Virus record (IMG/VR): IMGVR_UViG_3300043932_000299
Location: 1-43,152 of that record
Source: a virus
Taxonomy: Duplodnaviria; Caudoviricetes
Strand: one strand, 5' to 3'
Length of the DNA stretch: 43,152 bases
Under the pieces are notes generated by a model, which was given only the letters and a program-made list of their open reading frames with translations, ran no database searches and was not told the DNA's origin. The number at the start of each line of letters is the position of its first letter. Position 1 is the stretch's first letter. The translations under genes and the position numbers were made by a program. Of this stretch, positions 26,605 through 35,998 are shown one piece after another.

Positions 26605-26669
26605 TATTTTTCACCTCACTAATGGGCTTCCCACCTATTCGGCGTTTTAAGTGCACTGACTTCGGGTTA

Positions 26670-26946
26670 CGCTAGGTGAACGGTCGGTGACGGTAAATTC
26701 TAGTTAGCGTTCACCACTATATCCCTTGTTACACAACGGATCACATAAAAAGGTGAACGCAAATCTCACATTTTTTTGCCAAAAACTTTTTGGCGCTCTC
26801 TGTCTATATATACCTACTACTAATAACTTTTTATTAATATTAGTATCATAGCGTTCACCTTTTGGCTGTACCGCTTGATACTACTGACTTTAAGCGGTGA
26901 ACGCTAAGCCATTTTTACCGTTCACTAGCGTTCACCAGTGTTCACC
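26670..26946. repeat. Putative phage replication origin with GGTGAACG(CTA) iterons around an AT-rich core
   Basis: Copies at ~26675, 26686, 26705, 26752, 26849, 26896, 26918, 26926, 26938 in both orientations; non-coding; directly downstream of VapE helicase. Confidence 0.78.
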
Positions 26947-28244
26947 TTTTTAAACCCTCGTTTTACTTCACCGTTAATTTTCTTTCGTGACTTTCTGAAC
27001 CCAAACCGGTTAACCATGATGTTGGAAATCTGATTACCAACCTTTCGATTCTTCACTAAATCGATTCCTGGTGCAACCGCAACCGATAAAGCCTCATTGG
27101 TAATGAAATCTTGATCCTTAAATTGGTTATTCAGAGCTTCATCAATCTTGTCTTCCAATTCATCGGTATACATAAACGATTGGCGATGCTCGTCTAACTC
27201 TTCTTCCTGTTCACTGGTTAAGGCAAAACTGAAACCGTCCTTGTATAGCTGCATGGCTTCACCCCAGCATTGTTTAACATAATCATCAGTTAAATCAGTT
27301 ACCGGATGGTGTTTTTGCCGGGATTTACTAACGTGTAATGGCAAGAATCGCCGTTCACCTGTCTTATCTTTCAGGTAGTACAATTCATTAGTTGTCCGAG
27401 CCATGACAAAATTCTTCGCAAACCGCTCTGCTTGGTGACCGTAAGGCTTTCGATATTCAAATTCCTGTAAAGTAATAAACTTTTTCAAGATTTCAAAACT
27501 AGCATTGTTGGTGGCCGTCATTTCATCATCATTGATAATTAATGCCCGGCGCATCACTGCATAGTCATCCTTGTTATCGAAAGTTGAAAATTGGTCCGTG
27601 TAATAGCCCAATGGAGCAATCTTTTGTAAAAAAGTTGTTTTCCCAGCTCCTTGACCACCGACTAAATCCAGCACGAAGTCGAACTTGGTTTTTGGATCAT
27701 GAGCCTTAGCTACTGCACCGACGAAGAATAGCTTAGTGATTAACTGAGTAACGATGTCCTCTTCGACTCCCAAATAGTCACCCATGATGTATCCTAGCCG
27801 CTCTTTATGGTCCCAGCTTTTATAGGCTTCATTGAAGTAATCCAGGATTGGATTGTAACGGTGTCGCATGGCTACAACTGTAATGGCACTCCTGATTTTC
27901 TTGTTGTCGAACAGAACTCCATAATCAGAATTATCTTCAATGTAAGAAGCAATCTGGTCCACATAGGCATCCACTAACTGGCCAGTTTTGAACATTAACT
28001 TATCATTAGGCTTCACTACGTCAATTTCAGTTGTGAACTCATTGAATTGGAATGTCCCCTTTAACACTGGGTCATTTTCCAAAATGATTTCGATATTAAC
28101 TAGACTGTTGCTCTTTATTCGACCGTTTTTATCGGTTTTAAATCCCCAGTTATTCTCTTCTTTACTGGTTAACCGGCTTAATTTTTCAGCGTTCTTCTTA
28201 TCAAATGGCACCACTTTGTCTTTACTCTCACTCAACCGTTTCAC
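26925..28244 (-). CDS. VapE/VirE-family replicative helicase-like ATPase
   Basis: KFDFVLDLVGGQGAGKT, INDDEM, YRKPYG, YLKDKTGERRFLP motifs. Confidence 0.92.
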   Translation of the reverse strand: MKRLSESKDKVVPFDKKNAEKLSRLTSKEENNWGFKTDKNGRIKSNSLVNIEIILENDPVLKGTFQFNEFTTEIDVVKPNDKLMFKTGQLVDAYVDQIASYIEDNSDYGVLFDNKKIRSAITVVAMRHRYNPILDYFNEAYKSWDHKERLGYIMGDYLGVEEDIVTQLITKLFFVGAVAKAHDPKTKFDFVLDLVGGQGAGKTTFLQKIAPLGYYTDQFSTFDNKDDYAVMRRALIINDDEMTATNNASFEILKKFITLQEFEYRKPYGHQAERFAKNFVMARTTNELYYLKDKTGERRFLPLHVSKSRQKHHPVTDLTDDYVKQCWGEAMQLYKDGFSFALTSEQEEELDEHRQSFMYTDELEDKIDEALNNQFKDQDFITNEALSVAVAPGIDLVKNRKVGNQISNIMVNRFGFRKSRKKINGEVKRGFKKVNTGER

Positions 28245-29019
28245 CTCTTCTCCTGATTTCCTTTTTAATCATGCTGTTAACCGTTGTAACAACTTCATTG
28301 TCGCTTAGACTAAACTCCGTTCGACTATTAGCAATTCTGGATAACTCCAAAACCGTTTCTGGCTCAACGTTCCGGAATAATAATCCACCGGCAAAAGAAG
28401 CAAGTGCGTTATTACGGCCACCCGTCGGTCCTAGGCCATTAGCAATCTGGCTAAACAATTCAGAAGTTTGCGTTTTGCCCTTCGGGTGGTACCGCTCAAT
28501 TTGTTTGTTGCTAATCTGTGGTTTCCCTTTTTCTTCAATCAGCTGAATTAATTCTTCTGCTGGTTCAATCATTGGCTTGTGATTAAGCCATTTATAGGAT
28601 TTGTCATCAATTATTGATGGTGCAACAACCACATAGTTGTTGAGGTGAGCTTTAATATCAACGCCCGGTAAGAAACCAATATTTTGACTGATTCGTTCGG
28701 CTGGTTTTTTGAAGAAGAATTGATAGCCATTGTGAGCAGTTTTTTGACACAGGGTATTGAACCAATCATCATGGTTTAATCCTTTAATCGCCTTAGTACC
28801 GTCATCCCCGTTTTCATGACGGTCAACATCAATCACAAAAAACTGGTCAGTTTTCAGAGCAATGTTAGCGTAAGGATGAGTTCGCCAAAATTTTGTAATT
28901 TCATCAACGGTTAAAGGTTCACGGTCCGCAAACTTAATTAATGGTCGTTTATTAATCGTTGGAATTACGCTAAAACCATGTTCAGCGTATTGCTTGGCGT
29001 AGTTAACCAGGCTTTGCAT
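28228..29019 (-). CDS. Bifunctional DNA primase/polymerase with PriCT-1 domain
   Basis: FFVIDVD, GVDIK, YVVVAPS; C-term GGRNNAL. Confidence 0.92.
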   Translation of the reverse strand: MQSLVNYAKQYAEHGFSVIPTINKRPLIKFADREPLTVDEITKFWRTHPYANIALKTDQFFVIDVDRHENGDDGTKAIKGLNHDDWFNTLCQKTAHNGYQFFFKKPAERISQNIGFLPGVDIKAHLNNYVVVAPSIIDDKSYKWLNHKPMIEPAEELIQLIEEKGKPQISNKQIERYHPKGKTQTSELFSQIANGLGPTGGRNNALASFAGGLLFRNVEPETVLELSRIANSRTEFSLSDNEVVTTVNSMIKKEIRRRGETVE

Positions 29020-29037
29020 CCCGTTCACATCCTTTAG

Positions 29038-29604
29038 CTAGAATGGCAAATCGTCATCGTCAACAGTTGGCTCAGGCTCTTTATCTGTTACTGGGTCTTC
29101 CTTAGCAGCTGGTTCTTCAACCTTAATTCCTGGTGCAAAGTCATAGTTCCGATATGGGTTATCAGGATCCTTTTTGTTTGGTGAAACGGTAATGGTCATT
29201 TCTAAGGTCTTGCCTTCGTAAGGCTCAAACGCCTTTACTAATTTCTCATAGGCGTCCGTTTCATTATCTGGGAACAGGTCCGGAGTAACGGTTAAGCCAA
29301 CCATTGCGGCAATTTTAGAAACTGTTCGAATGTTCCGTGATACCACGAAGTCTGGCATTGGTTTACCTTTAGTCGTCTTGGTGGCTAAGCTAATTCGTAA
29401 TTGTTCTTTCCGACTGGCATACTTACCTTTAATTACTTGCATTGAGAATCGTAAGCAATCCCAACCTGACTTGTATACTGGGTGATCGGTCTTATCTAAT
29501 ACCACTTGGTAAGTGCCAGCTGGAATCAAATCTGCTTGGTTAGCACTATCCTTCTTTGCGTCCCAGTCCTTAGTAGCTGCTTCAAATGCTTCTTGTAATC
29601 CCAT
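29038..29604 (-). CDS. DUF669 single-stranded DNA-binding-like protein
   Basis: LIPAGTYQV N-terminus and acidic DDDLPF tail. Confidence 0.8.
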   Translation of the reverse strand: MGLQEAFEAATKDWDAKKDSANQADLIPAGTYQVVLDKTDHPVYKSGWDCLRFSMQVIKGKYASRKEQLRISLATKTTKGKPMPDFVVSRNIRTVSKIAAMVGLTVTPDLFPDNETDAYEKLVKAFEPYEGKTLEMTITVSPNKKDPDNPYRNYDFAPGIKVEEPAAKEDPVTDKEPEPTVDDDDLPF

Positions 29605-29622
29605 AATTAAATTCCTCCTAAA

Positions 29623-30318
29623 TTATTTTTCAAACATGCCATCACATGATTCTAGTAATTGCTTAATCCGTGGGTCAGTAATGTTCTTAGCTTCATACTT
29701 AGTCCGGCGGTCGGTAATTGTCCGGGTGTAAGTATCTTTACCGAACTTCTGTGTATGAATTACCAGGTCACAATTTCCATTAACAATGTTGTAGTATTTC
29801 GGCTTTAGTGATGGCATTGGTTCCGGCGCTGAACCGTCATCCCCACCGACTGAAATTTCTCGACTAATGTAAATGATGTTCATCGGCAATGCTTTTAAGT
29901 CCATCACAAATTGCTGAAGAACTGTGTTAAAAATTGCATATCCTTTCCCGTAAGGAATATCGGATAGTGCCTGTACACCGTTATCAATGCAGATTGCTTG
30001 TTCCAGCATTACGCAAATATCATCAATTACATCAACGACTAACGTTTGAAACGTGTTCTTTTGTGACAATGCAGTAATTACATCATCTAGTTGTTGAATG
30101 GCAGATTGCTTTAATTTGCCATCCTCATCACGGATGTTCCTAATTTGGATACTAGGCGCTGTCCCTTGCTCACTATTTCCATCAGTGTTTAGAACTAACG
30201 GGTGCGGGAAGAAACTAGCAAAGTATGACTTCCCCGACATCGTCTTGCCCCAAATAAAGAAGTTATGGGGTTGGGCTTTTGGTTGCAACTTTTCATCTTT
30301 AGGTAATTGAATTACCAT
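29623..30318 (-). CDS. AAA_24/Sak4-like ATPase (recombinase)
   Basis: GKTMSGKS Walker A, LNTDGN, LVVDVIDD. Confidence 0.82.
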   Translation of the reverse strand: MVIQLPKDEKLQPKAQPHNFFIWGKTMSGKSYFASFFPHPLVLNTDGNSEQGTAPSIQIRNIRDEDGKLKQSAIQQLDDVITALSQKNTFQTLVVDVIDDICVMLEQAICIDNGVQALSDIPYGKGYAIFNTVLQQFVMDLKALPMNIIYISREISVGGDDGSAPEPMPSLKPKYYNIVNGNCDLVIHTQKFGKDTYTRTITDRRTKYEAKNITDPRIKQLLESCDGMFEK

Positions 30319-31709
30319 TTCTTTTTCCTCCTGTTGTTAAATTGATACCAAGCCCATCCTGGCTGATAGCCATGCAGTTTAGCGTAGGCTTGTAATTCTT
30401 TCAGAGTGTGTAATTGGCCTGGTGATTTATCGGCAACGTTTGCCATCACTTGGTCATTAATAATTTGTTGAATCATTTTCTTACGATGTTCTACCGCTTG
30501 GTTCTCCTTGATTTCTTGCAGGTCAACATTGACTACTTTGTAGTCATGCTTATCCTTTTCCAGCTTGTGACCACACAAGGGGCAACAATTATCAGTAAGG
30601 TCTTGCCGGTAGAAAATACCGAAGCAGTATTTGCATTGGCAGATTGCCGGGCCAGTGTCGGTATTAGTTTTCTTGCGTTTATCTTTGGTGATAATCGCCT
30701 GGTTCCAATCCCGGCCATTATCCGGCAGACCAAAGGTTAAGAAGTTATCCACATGGTCAATGATGATTGCTTGCTTCCCTGGTCGAGGATTCAAGCAGCG
30801 CATCGAGAATTGTAGATACAAAGCAAGTGAGCTAGTCGGGCGGGCCATAATGACACAGTCGACATTTGGCAGGTCAATCCCCTCAGTAAACAGGTTAACG
30901 TTTACTAACACCATTAGTTGCTGGTCCCGGAACTGCTGAACCAGCTTGTCCCGGTGAGTGGCTTCCGTTTCACCGTCAACCTCAGCAGCGTTAATCCCTG
31001 CTTTCTGGAACTTGACTGTCACCTGCTTAGCACTCTCAATCGAATGGCAGTAGACCACTGCTTGCTTCCCCTGAGCTAATCGCTGGTACTGGTCAACGAT
31101 GTGCCCATAGATTTGATGGCTAATAGCTTCGTCCATACTTTGTGTGGTGTAATCGCCATGACTCTTCTGGAGTTTGGACCGGTCGATGTCCCCTAACCCG
31201 TAATACTTGAATGGGGCTAGAAAATCATGCGTGGTTAGCCATTTGATTGACTTACCAACCACGATGTCATCAGCAACCTGGTCCAACTGATCATGACCAG
31301 TCCGGATTGGCGTCGCTGTAAAGTACAGAACGTAAGCGTTTGGGAATGCTTCGACAATATGACGATAGCTCTTACTAGCGGCATGATGGCCCTCATCAAT
31401 TAGAATCAACTGGGGCACTGGCAACTTAGTCGTCCTACGGGTCAAGGTCTGAACCATGCCCATTGTGGCTAGTTTCATGTCCACACCCTGTTGCTTAAAA
31501 GTGGCGATTGCTTGGGATAGCACTTCTTTCCGGTGGATGATAAACATCACCCGGTTGCCCTTGCTGGTAGCCCGTCGAGCGATTTCGGCCATGATGACTG
31601 TTTTCCCAGTTCGCGGCGGTTGTTGAACCACTATCCGTCGGTGTCCACTCCGCATAGACCGATAAACCTGATTAATGGTTTCTCTCTGGTAGTCTCGAAG
31701 TTCAAACAT
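30312..31709 (-). CDS. SF2 DEAD/DEAH-box helicase with zinc ribbon
   Basis: LRDYQ, PPRTGKT, DEGHH, TATP, EGIDLP; CKYC/CPLC. Confidence 0.95.
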   Translation of the reverse strand: MFELRDYQRETINQVYRSMRSGHRRIVVQQPPRTGKTVIMAEIARRATSKGNRVMFIIHRKEVLSQAIATFKQQGVDMKLATMGMVQTLTRRTTKLPVPQLILIDEGHHAASKSYRHIVEAFPNAYVLYFTATPIRTGHDQLDQVADDIVVGKSIKWLTTHDFLAPFKYYGLGDIDRSKLQKSHGDYTTQSMDEAISHQIYGHIVDQYQRLAQGKQAVVYCHSIESAKQVTVKFQKAGINAAEVDGETEATHRDKLVQQFRDQQLMVLVNVNLFTEGIDLPNVDCVIMARPTSSLALYLQFSMRCLNPRPGKQAIIIDHVDNFLTFGLPDNGRDWNQAIITKDKRKKTNTDTGPAICQCKYCFGIFYRQDLTDNCCPLCGHKLEKDKHDYKVVNVDLQEIKENQAVEHRKKMIQQIINDQVMANVADKSPGQLHTLKELQAYAKLHGYQPGWAWYQFNNRRKKKW

Positions 31710-32194
31710 TAATTAATGACTGTCCTTCTGTTCGGCACCAGCTTAGCCGCTGGTACTTCCTGCCCAGCTTTTAAAGCAGCGTACAGAGCTTTCTTGTCTG
31801 GTCGGCTGATGGTCTTAGTTTCCGTATGGACAAACGTCATCGGGAGTTTGTCAGGGTTACTAATTACCACTGACGCCTTGTAGTTCCTGGGCTTCAAGAT
31901 ATGGTTAGCCGTCCGGGCTTCTTTGTAGCCAGCGTCATCAATGGAATCCGTCAGATAAGTCATCAGGTTTTTAGACTGGTTCTCCAGGTACTTCTTTTTA
32001 TCCTGAAGCTCCTTAATCCGCTGGGCAATCCAATCAGTAGTGGCATTATTCCGGTCAATCCAAGTAGCAATGTTGTCCCACTTGACTTCGCGGGTGTCCT
32101 GAATGGCGTCCAGAGAATCAGCTAATACGATGGGGTCTAGGTCGTCCCGGTCTTGCAGAGCCCGGAACGAATCGTTTAATTCAAATAGATTCAT
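31709..32194 (-). CDS. Siphovirus Gp157 family protein
   Basis: MNLFEL, coiled coil, PDKKALYAALKAGQEVPAA. Confidence 0.88.
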   Translation of the reverse strand: MNLFELNDSFRALQDRDDLDPIVLADSLDAIQDTREVKWDNIATWIDRNNATTDWIAQRIKELQDKKKYLENQSKNLMTYLTDSIDDAGYKEARTANHILKPRNYKASVVISNPDKLPMTFVHTETKTISRPDKKALYAALKAGQEVPAAKLVPNRRTVIN

Positions 32195-32393
32195 GGTTAA
32201 CAGCCTCCTTTAGTTCATCGGCTAAGTCGTACTTAGTAATAATTTCATACAGTACCTTGGGCAACATCTCGGGAGTGCGTCCCAGAGCCGCCACAATCAT
32301 ATGGACTTGGGTGTCAACGTCCCCCCCTTGGTTGCAGCGGAACTGCTCAGTGTTGCCGTCGATAGTTGCGACGAAAAAATGCGCTTGTTTCAT
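32181..32393 (-). CDS. Hypothetical protein
   Basis: GGAGG RBS; overlaps Gp157 start. Confidence 0.7.
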   Translation of the reverse strand: MKQAHFFVATIDGNTEQFRCNQGGDVDTQVHMIVAALGRTPEMLPKVLYEIITKYDLADELKEAVNHESI

Positions 32394-32449
32394 CCTGATT
32401 AACCTCCGTTCGTGGTATAATTCAGGAAACGAATAGTTAGTTGAGAGAA

Positions 32450-32641
32450 TTAATTCGTTTCCTGGGCATCGGCGCTGTTATCGTCGGTGTCCTTTTTTGC
32501 GTCTGTATACATTGACTGTGGTGCATACCGTAGTAGCAACAACAGAAGCACCATTGCTAAGAACAGGCCCGCATTAACCATTCCGTAGAAAAACGCAACG
32601 GTCATTGCGACGGACACGGTTGTTGTGAGTGCGTGGCTCAT
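32450..32641 (-). CDS. Small membrane protein
   Basis: Two hydrophobic stretches; ATGA overlap. Confidence 0.65.
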   Translation of the reverse strand: MSHALTTTVSVAMTVAFFYGMVNAGLFLAMVLLLLLLRYAPQSMYTDAKKDTDDNSADAQETN

Positions 32642-32841
32642 CGGTCGTCATCCCCTTTTCTAAAAATATCCAAGCTGACATCTAGTGCATCAGCAATCTT
32701 AATCATGTTGTTGAACGTTGGTTGAACGTCATTATTCTTGTACTCGTAAAGCGTGTTATTCGGTATGCTCGTCAGCTTAGCTAGGCGGTACACAGTAATG
32801 TGTTTTTTATCTAGCTGTGTTTGAATCGATTTCCACAACAT
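32638..32841 (-). CDS. XRE/Cro-like HTH regulator
   Basis: ITVYRLAKLTSIPNNTLY...PTFNNMIKIADALDVSLD. Confidence 0.85.
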   Translation of the reverse strand: MLWKSIQTQLDKKHITVYRLAKLTSIPNNTLYEYKNNDVQPTFNNMIKIADALDVSLDIFRKGDDDR

Positions 32842-32949
32842 CTTGTATATGTCAATCCTTTCTATACCGATATATAGTGTTATAATCAATTCTGCAGTTA
32901 ACACTCCTTTTGAATAACTGCTAATTAATTAAGAATCTAGGTGATAAAA

Positions 32950-33174
32950 ATGGGTAAAAACCAGCATGTAGTCCATAACCCTAATGGTGGATGGAATGTT
33001 AAGGGTGAAGGAAACAGTCGTGCCACTTTGCATACACAGACCAAAGCACAAGCGGTAAAGGCAGCTAGAACTATTTCTCAACATCAACATTCCGAATTAG
33101 TTGTCCATGGCACTAATGGAAAGATTCAAAGCCGTGATAGTCATGGCCATGACCCGCACCCTCCAAAGGGTTAG
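32950..33174 (+). CDS. DUF2188 family protein
   Basis: NQHVV, GGWNVKGEG, TKAQAV, GKIQSRDSHGHDP motifs; own TGtTATAAT promoter at ~32878-32886. Confidence 0.88.
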   Translation: MGKNQHVVHNPNGGWNVKGEGNSRATLHTQTKAQAVKAARTISQHQHSELVVHGTNGKIQSRDSHGHDPHPPKG

Positions 33175-33356
33175 TCAATACTTGGTTTAAGTCGAACCCT
33201 AAGTCCTTGAGCTGTTTCGCAATCCCTGTTTGTGATAACTGCTAAGAGCTTAGGGCTCTTTTCGTCTGTTTCGACGATAACCCGGCTCCAATTACTCATA
33301 GGCTTAACTACTCCCTCTGTCTCCTTTTTGAGCTCTTCACATGTTCGTCCTTTCAT
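33171..33356 (-). CDS. Hypothetical phage protein
   Basis: VIVETDEKSPKLLAVIT motif; operonic. Confidence 0.6.
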   Translation of the reverse strand: MKGRTCEELKKETEGVVKPMSNWSRVIVETDEKSPKLLAVITNRDCETAQGLRVRLKPSID

Positions 33357-33460
33357 TTCTCCACCCCCTTCCTGTGGTCGTGTACCAGTGACCCAACAAC
33401 TGCGCCCAGCAGGATTACCGTAATAACCAATGCCGGCCAGGCAAACGCTAAGCTGTCCAT
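33353..33460 (-). CDS. 35-aa single-TM peptide
   Basis: Not in ORF track; MDSLAFAWPALVITVILLGAVVGSLVHDHRKGVEK with AGGAGG RBS. Confidence 0.6.
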   Translation of the reverse strand: MDSLAFAWPALVITVILLGAVVGSLVHDHRKGVEK

Positions 33461-33472
33461 AATGCTCACCTC

Positions 33473-33793
33473 CTAGGGCAACGGTTGGTTCCAGTCGATT
33501 TCATCAACGTGTTTATTCAACCAGTCTGATGCTTCCTGGTCGTTAATCCGAATATGATGTCCTGACCCGCAATTCAATCCATATACGCCCGGCATCTGCG
33601 GTAATAGAATTGTTCTCAACCAATTAGGCGCCTTTTTAATTTTGTGTTTCTTTTGAAATTCATCCAGACTAATCAGTTGCGGCAAGACTGGTTTATCCTT
33701 AGCCGGTTCATCAAAGTACGGCTTTAGCATTTCAGCTGCGGCCTTACGGTCCTCAGGTGGTGCTTCTTTAATCAGTTCTAGTAATGCGCTCAT
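33473..33793 (-). CDS. Putative DNA-binding protein (excisionase/DUF771-like)
   Basis: ISLDEFQKK...NWLR, WLNKH.DEIDW winged-helix-like pattern; early operon position. Confidence 0.5.
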   Translation of the reverse strand: MSALLELIKEAPPEDRKAAAEMLKPYFDEPAKDKPVLPQLISLDEFQKKHKIKKAPNWLRTILLPQMPGVYGLNCGSGHHIRINDQEASDWLNKHVDEIDWNQPLP

Positions 33794-33847
33794 TCGATCA
33801 GCTCCTTTCTGGTAAAATTAAGTCATACTATATACGAGGTGATTTAA

Positions 33848-34543
33848 TTGAAAACACGAATTTACACTATGCAAGTTACTAGTCCCTGGTATGCTGATAC
33901 TAAATTCTGCGTTCCAGACTTATGTCCTAACTGTGGGGTCTCAAATAATCCAACTAATCGTATAGAAGGATTCTTTAATAGTGGTAACAGCTGCATACTA
34001 GCTTTGCTAAGTCATCGTTGTCCCTCCTGTGGAAAATATCATTGGACCCTTCAAAATCTTTATGGAAACAAACAGGATCCTGAAATGCTTTTTGTATATC
34101 CTTCTGTCCAACTAACTTCTATGGATTCAAAGATAGTTAGTCTCTCTCCTCGTTTCGAGAAAATGTATCATTCAGCCGAGAGATCAGAAAATATTGGTGA
34201 CTATGACTTAGCAGGAATGGGCTACCGGGCAGCTTTAGAAATCTTAATTAAGGACTATGCTGTTCAGTTTACTAATGAGTCCAAAGACAAAATTGCAGGT
34301 TATAAACTAAACGATGCCATTGCTCACTTTTACAAAAATGAACAAACAGCTCAGGTCTCAGCGGACGTAGTTAGAATTTATGGAAATGACTACGCACATT
34401 GGAACCAGCCAGATCAATTTAATAGTGAAGAGATATTGACCCAATTGAAGGCATATCTTCGAATTTTTACTAGTTGGATTGGCTACCAGTTAATGATTGC
34501 AAATCCACCAGTTTCTAGAGAGGATAAGAATTCAAAGAAGTAA
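33848..34543 (+). CDS. Zinc-ribbon plus DUF4145 (HEPN-like) protein
   Basis: CPNC...CPSC; YRAALEILIKD; RIYGNDYAH; own TGgTAAAAT promoter at ~33810. Confidence 0.8.
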   Translation: MKTRIYTMQVTSPWYADTKFCVPDLCPNCGVSNNPTNRIEGFFNSGNSCILALLSHRCPSCGKYHWTLQNLYGNKQDPEMLFVYPSVQLTSMDSKIVSLSPRFEKMYHSAERSENIGDYDLAGMGYRAALEILIKDYAVQFTNESKDKIAGYKLNDAIAHFYKNEQTAQVSADVVRIYGNDYAHWNQPDQFNSEEILTQLKAYLRIFTSWIGYQLMIANPPVSREDKNSKK

Positions 34544-34772
34544 TAAATTTTCCACCGATAGTCCAAAGTTTATATACTTCTCTAACTGGATCTTCATTCG
34601 TACCTGTGCCTATTCGTTGTGTAATACGAATAGCTTGCTCAACATGTAAAGATGAAGGATTGTCTTTCATTAATTCCTTTAAAAAATCATTTTCATCTTT
34701 TAACTTATTAAGTTTGTTTTTTAAAGAGGCAGCATTAAGCAAAGCCTCTTTTTCTTGTTCCTTGTTTTCCAT
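34515..34772 (-). CDS. Hypothetical protein
   Basis: RBS and ORF; convergent overlap with DUF4145 gene. Confidence 0.6.
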   Translation of the reverse strand: MENKEQEKEALLNAASLKNKLNKLKDENDFLKELMKDNPSSLHVEQAIRITQRIGTGTNEDPVREVYKLWTIGGKFITSLNSYPL

Positions 34773-34798
34773 CCCCATCACTTCCTTTCTGTTGGGTA

Positions 34799-35587
34799 TC
34801 AATCCTGCTCAATCAGCGGAATAATGTCGTTGCTCTTCAATAGCTCATACAAGCCGAGCCGTCCTTGTTGCGTCCATTTCGTGTTCAGGACGGCTTTTTC
34901 TGTACCATCTTTCTTAGGCACCATGACGGTCTCCGAATGGGTCCAACCGGTCTTCTGATACTTGGCATACAGTAGCCAGGTCTGTCCCTGCTTGTAGATT
35001 ACTTTGAGTTCGTGGAGTTTCCTATTCATGGCCCGACCACTCATGCCGTAATCCTTAGCAATCTGAGTAATTGTTACTAATGATTTATCAGACAGAACCT
35101 TGTCGTAGTAAGTAGCTTTTGGCGTTAATTCATTTACCTTTTGCTCAGCAATCAACCGCCCCTCACGCTCTTGCTTCAGCTGAGTAGCCAGCTGAATGAT
35201 GGTGTCTGGGTCTGTCAAGACTTCTTCAATCTTGGCTGGTGTCATGTAAGCACCATGCTTACGAATGGTTGGTAAAACTTCGCTTGTAACCCAGTGACGA
35301 AACTTCCGTGCATTCTCTCGAACTTCTGGGTTCTTGCTTTGACGACTAGCGTCAAAGATTAGATCGTATAGTCCTGACTCGTTAATAGCAGTCATTTCTC
35401 GATTTTGACCTGCGTGGTCAATTCGAACACGCAGCTTATCTTCATCATCAACGTGATTAATTACTGCGTGCCGATAATCGGAATATCCAAGAATCGTCGA
35501 AACATCATTACCAACAAAATAAGGTTCACCATCAATAGTTACTGTCCGGACTTGTTGCCCCTTGAAATTGAATAGTTGTGGTTGCAT
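34799..35587 (-). CDS. Phage antirepressor (BRO-N plus ANT/KilA-C)
   Basis: INESGLYDLI, FRHWVTSEVLPTIRKHGAY, PKATYYD, TKWTQQGR motifs. Confidence 0.93.
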   Translation of the reverse strand: MQPQLFNFKGQQVRTVTIDGEPYFVGNDVSTILGYSDYRHAVINHVDDEDKLRVRIDHAGQNREMTAINESGLYDLIFDASRQSKNPEVRENARKFRHWVTSEVLPTIRKHGAYMTPAKIEEVLTDPDTIIQLATQLKQEREGRLIAEQKVNELTPKATYYDKVLSDKSLVTITQIAKDYGMSGRAMNRKLHELKVIYKQGQTWLLYAKYQKTGWTHSETVMVPKKDGTEKAVLNTKWTQQGRLGLYELLKSNDIIPLIEQD

Positions 35588-35628
35588 TGAATCGTGCTTC
35601 CTTTCATAAAGATATAACTTAAAGTTGA

Positions 35629-35853
35629 CTACTGTGTAAAAGAAATACCCTCTAAAGGGATATTGTAGATATTTGCAAAGCCTTGGCCAAAAGCTGGCGG
35701 AGTTTCAGCTGGATGTTTTTCGTATTCCATAACACGCTGACGTGAAATTTTCATACCGAAGTATTCACTTAGCTTATCCGCAGCTTGGGCTTGAGTCATA
35801 TTTGCATTTGTCCTAGCCGCCTTTAACGAAATTCTCGTTGTACCATTAATCAT
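35629..35853 (-). CDS. Cro-like repressor
   Basis: SLKAARTNANMTQAQAA HTH; divergent from CI. Confidence 0.85.
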   Translation of the reverse strand: MINGTTRISLKAARTNANMTQAQAADKLSEYFGMKISRQRVMEYEKHPAETPPAFGQGFANIYNIPLEGISFTQ

Positions 35854-35871
35854 TTTTTCACCTCCTCGTTT

Positions 35872-35974
35872 CAACTTACAGCTATTATATTAATCTAACT
35901 TAAAGTTATAGTCAATAACTTTTTAGAAATTAATATAACTTTTTGTGCTTATATCTAACTTTATGTTATATAAT
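35872..35974. promoter_or_regulatory. Lysis-lysogeny switch: divergent promoters with TAACTTWAWGTTA operators
   Basis: Sites at 35896 and 35956 (full) and 35916 and 35936 (half); another copy at 35615-35627; TTGACT-N17-TAATAT on -, TATAAT at 35969 on +. Confidence 0.8.
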
Positions 35975-35998
35975 AGATCCTGTAAGGAGCTGATAAAC

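Noticed and set aside
26670-26946. CRISPR-like reading of the GGTGAACG repeats
   Set aside because: Repeats are 8-11 bp, in both orientations, irregularly spaced, with no cas genes; an origin fits better
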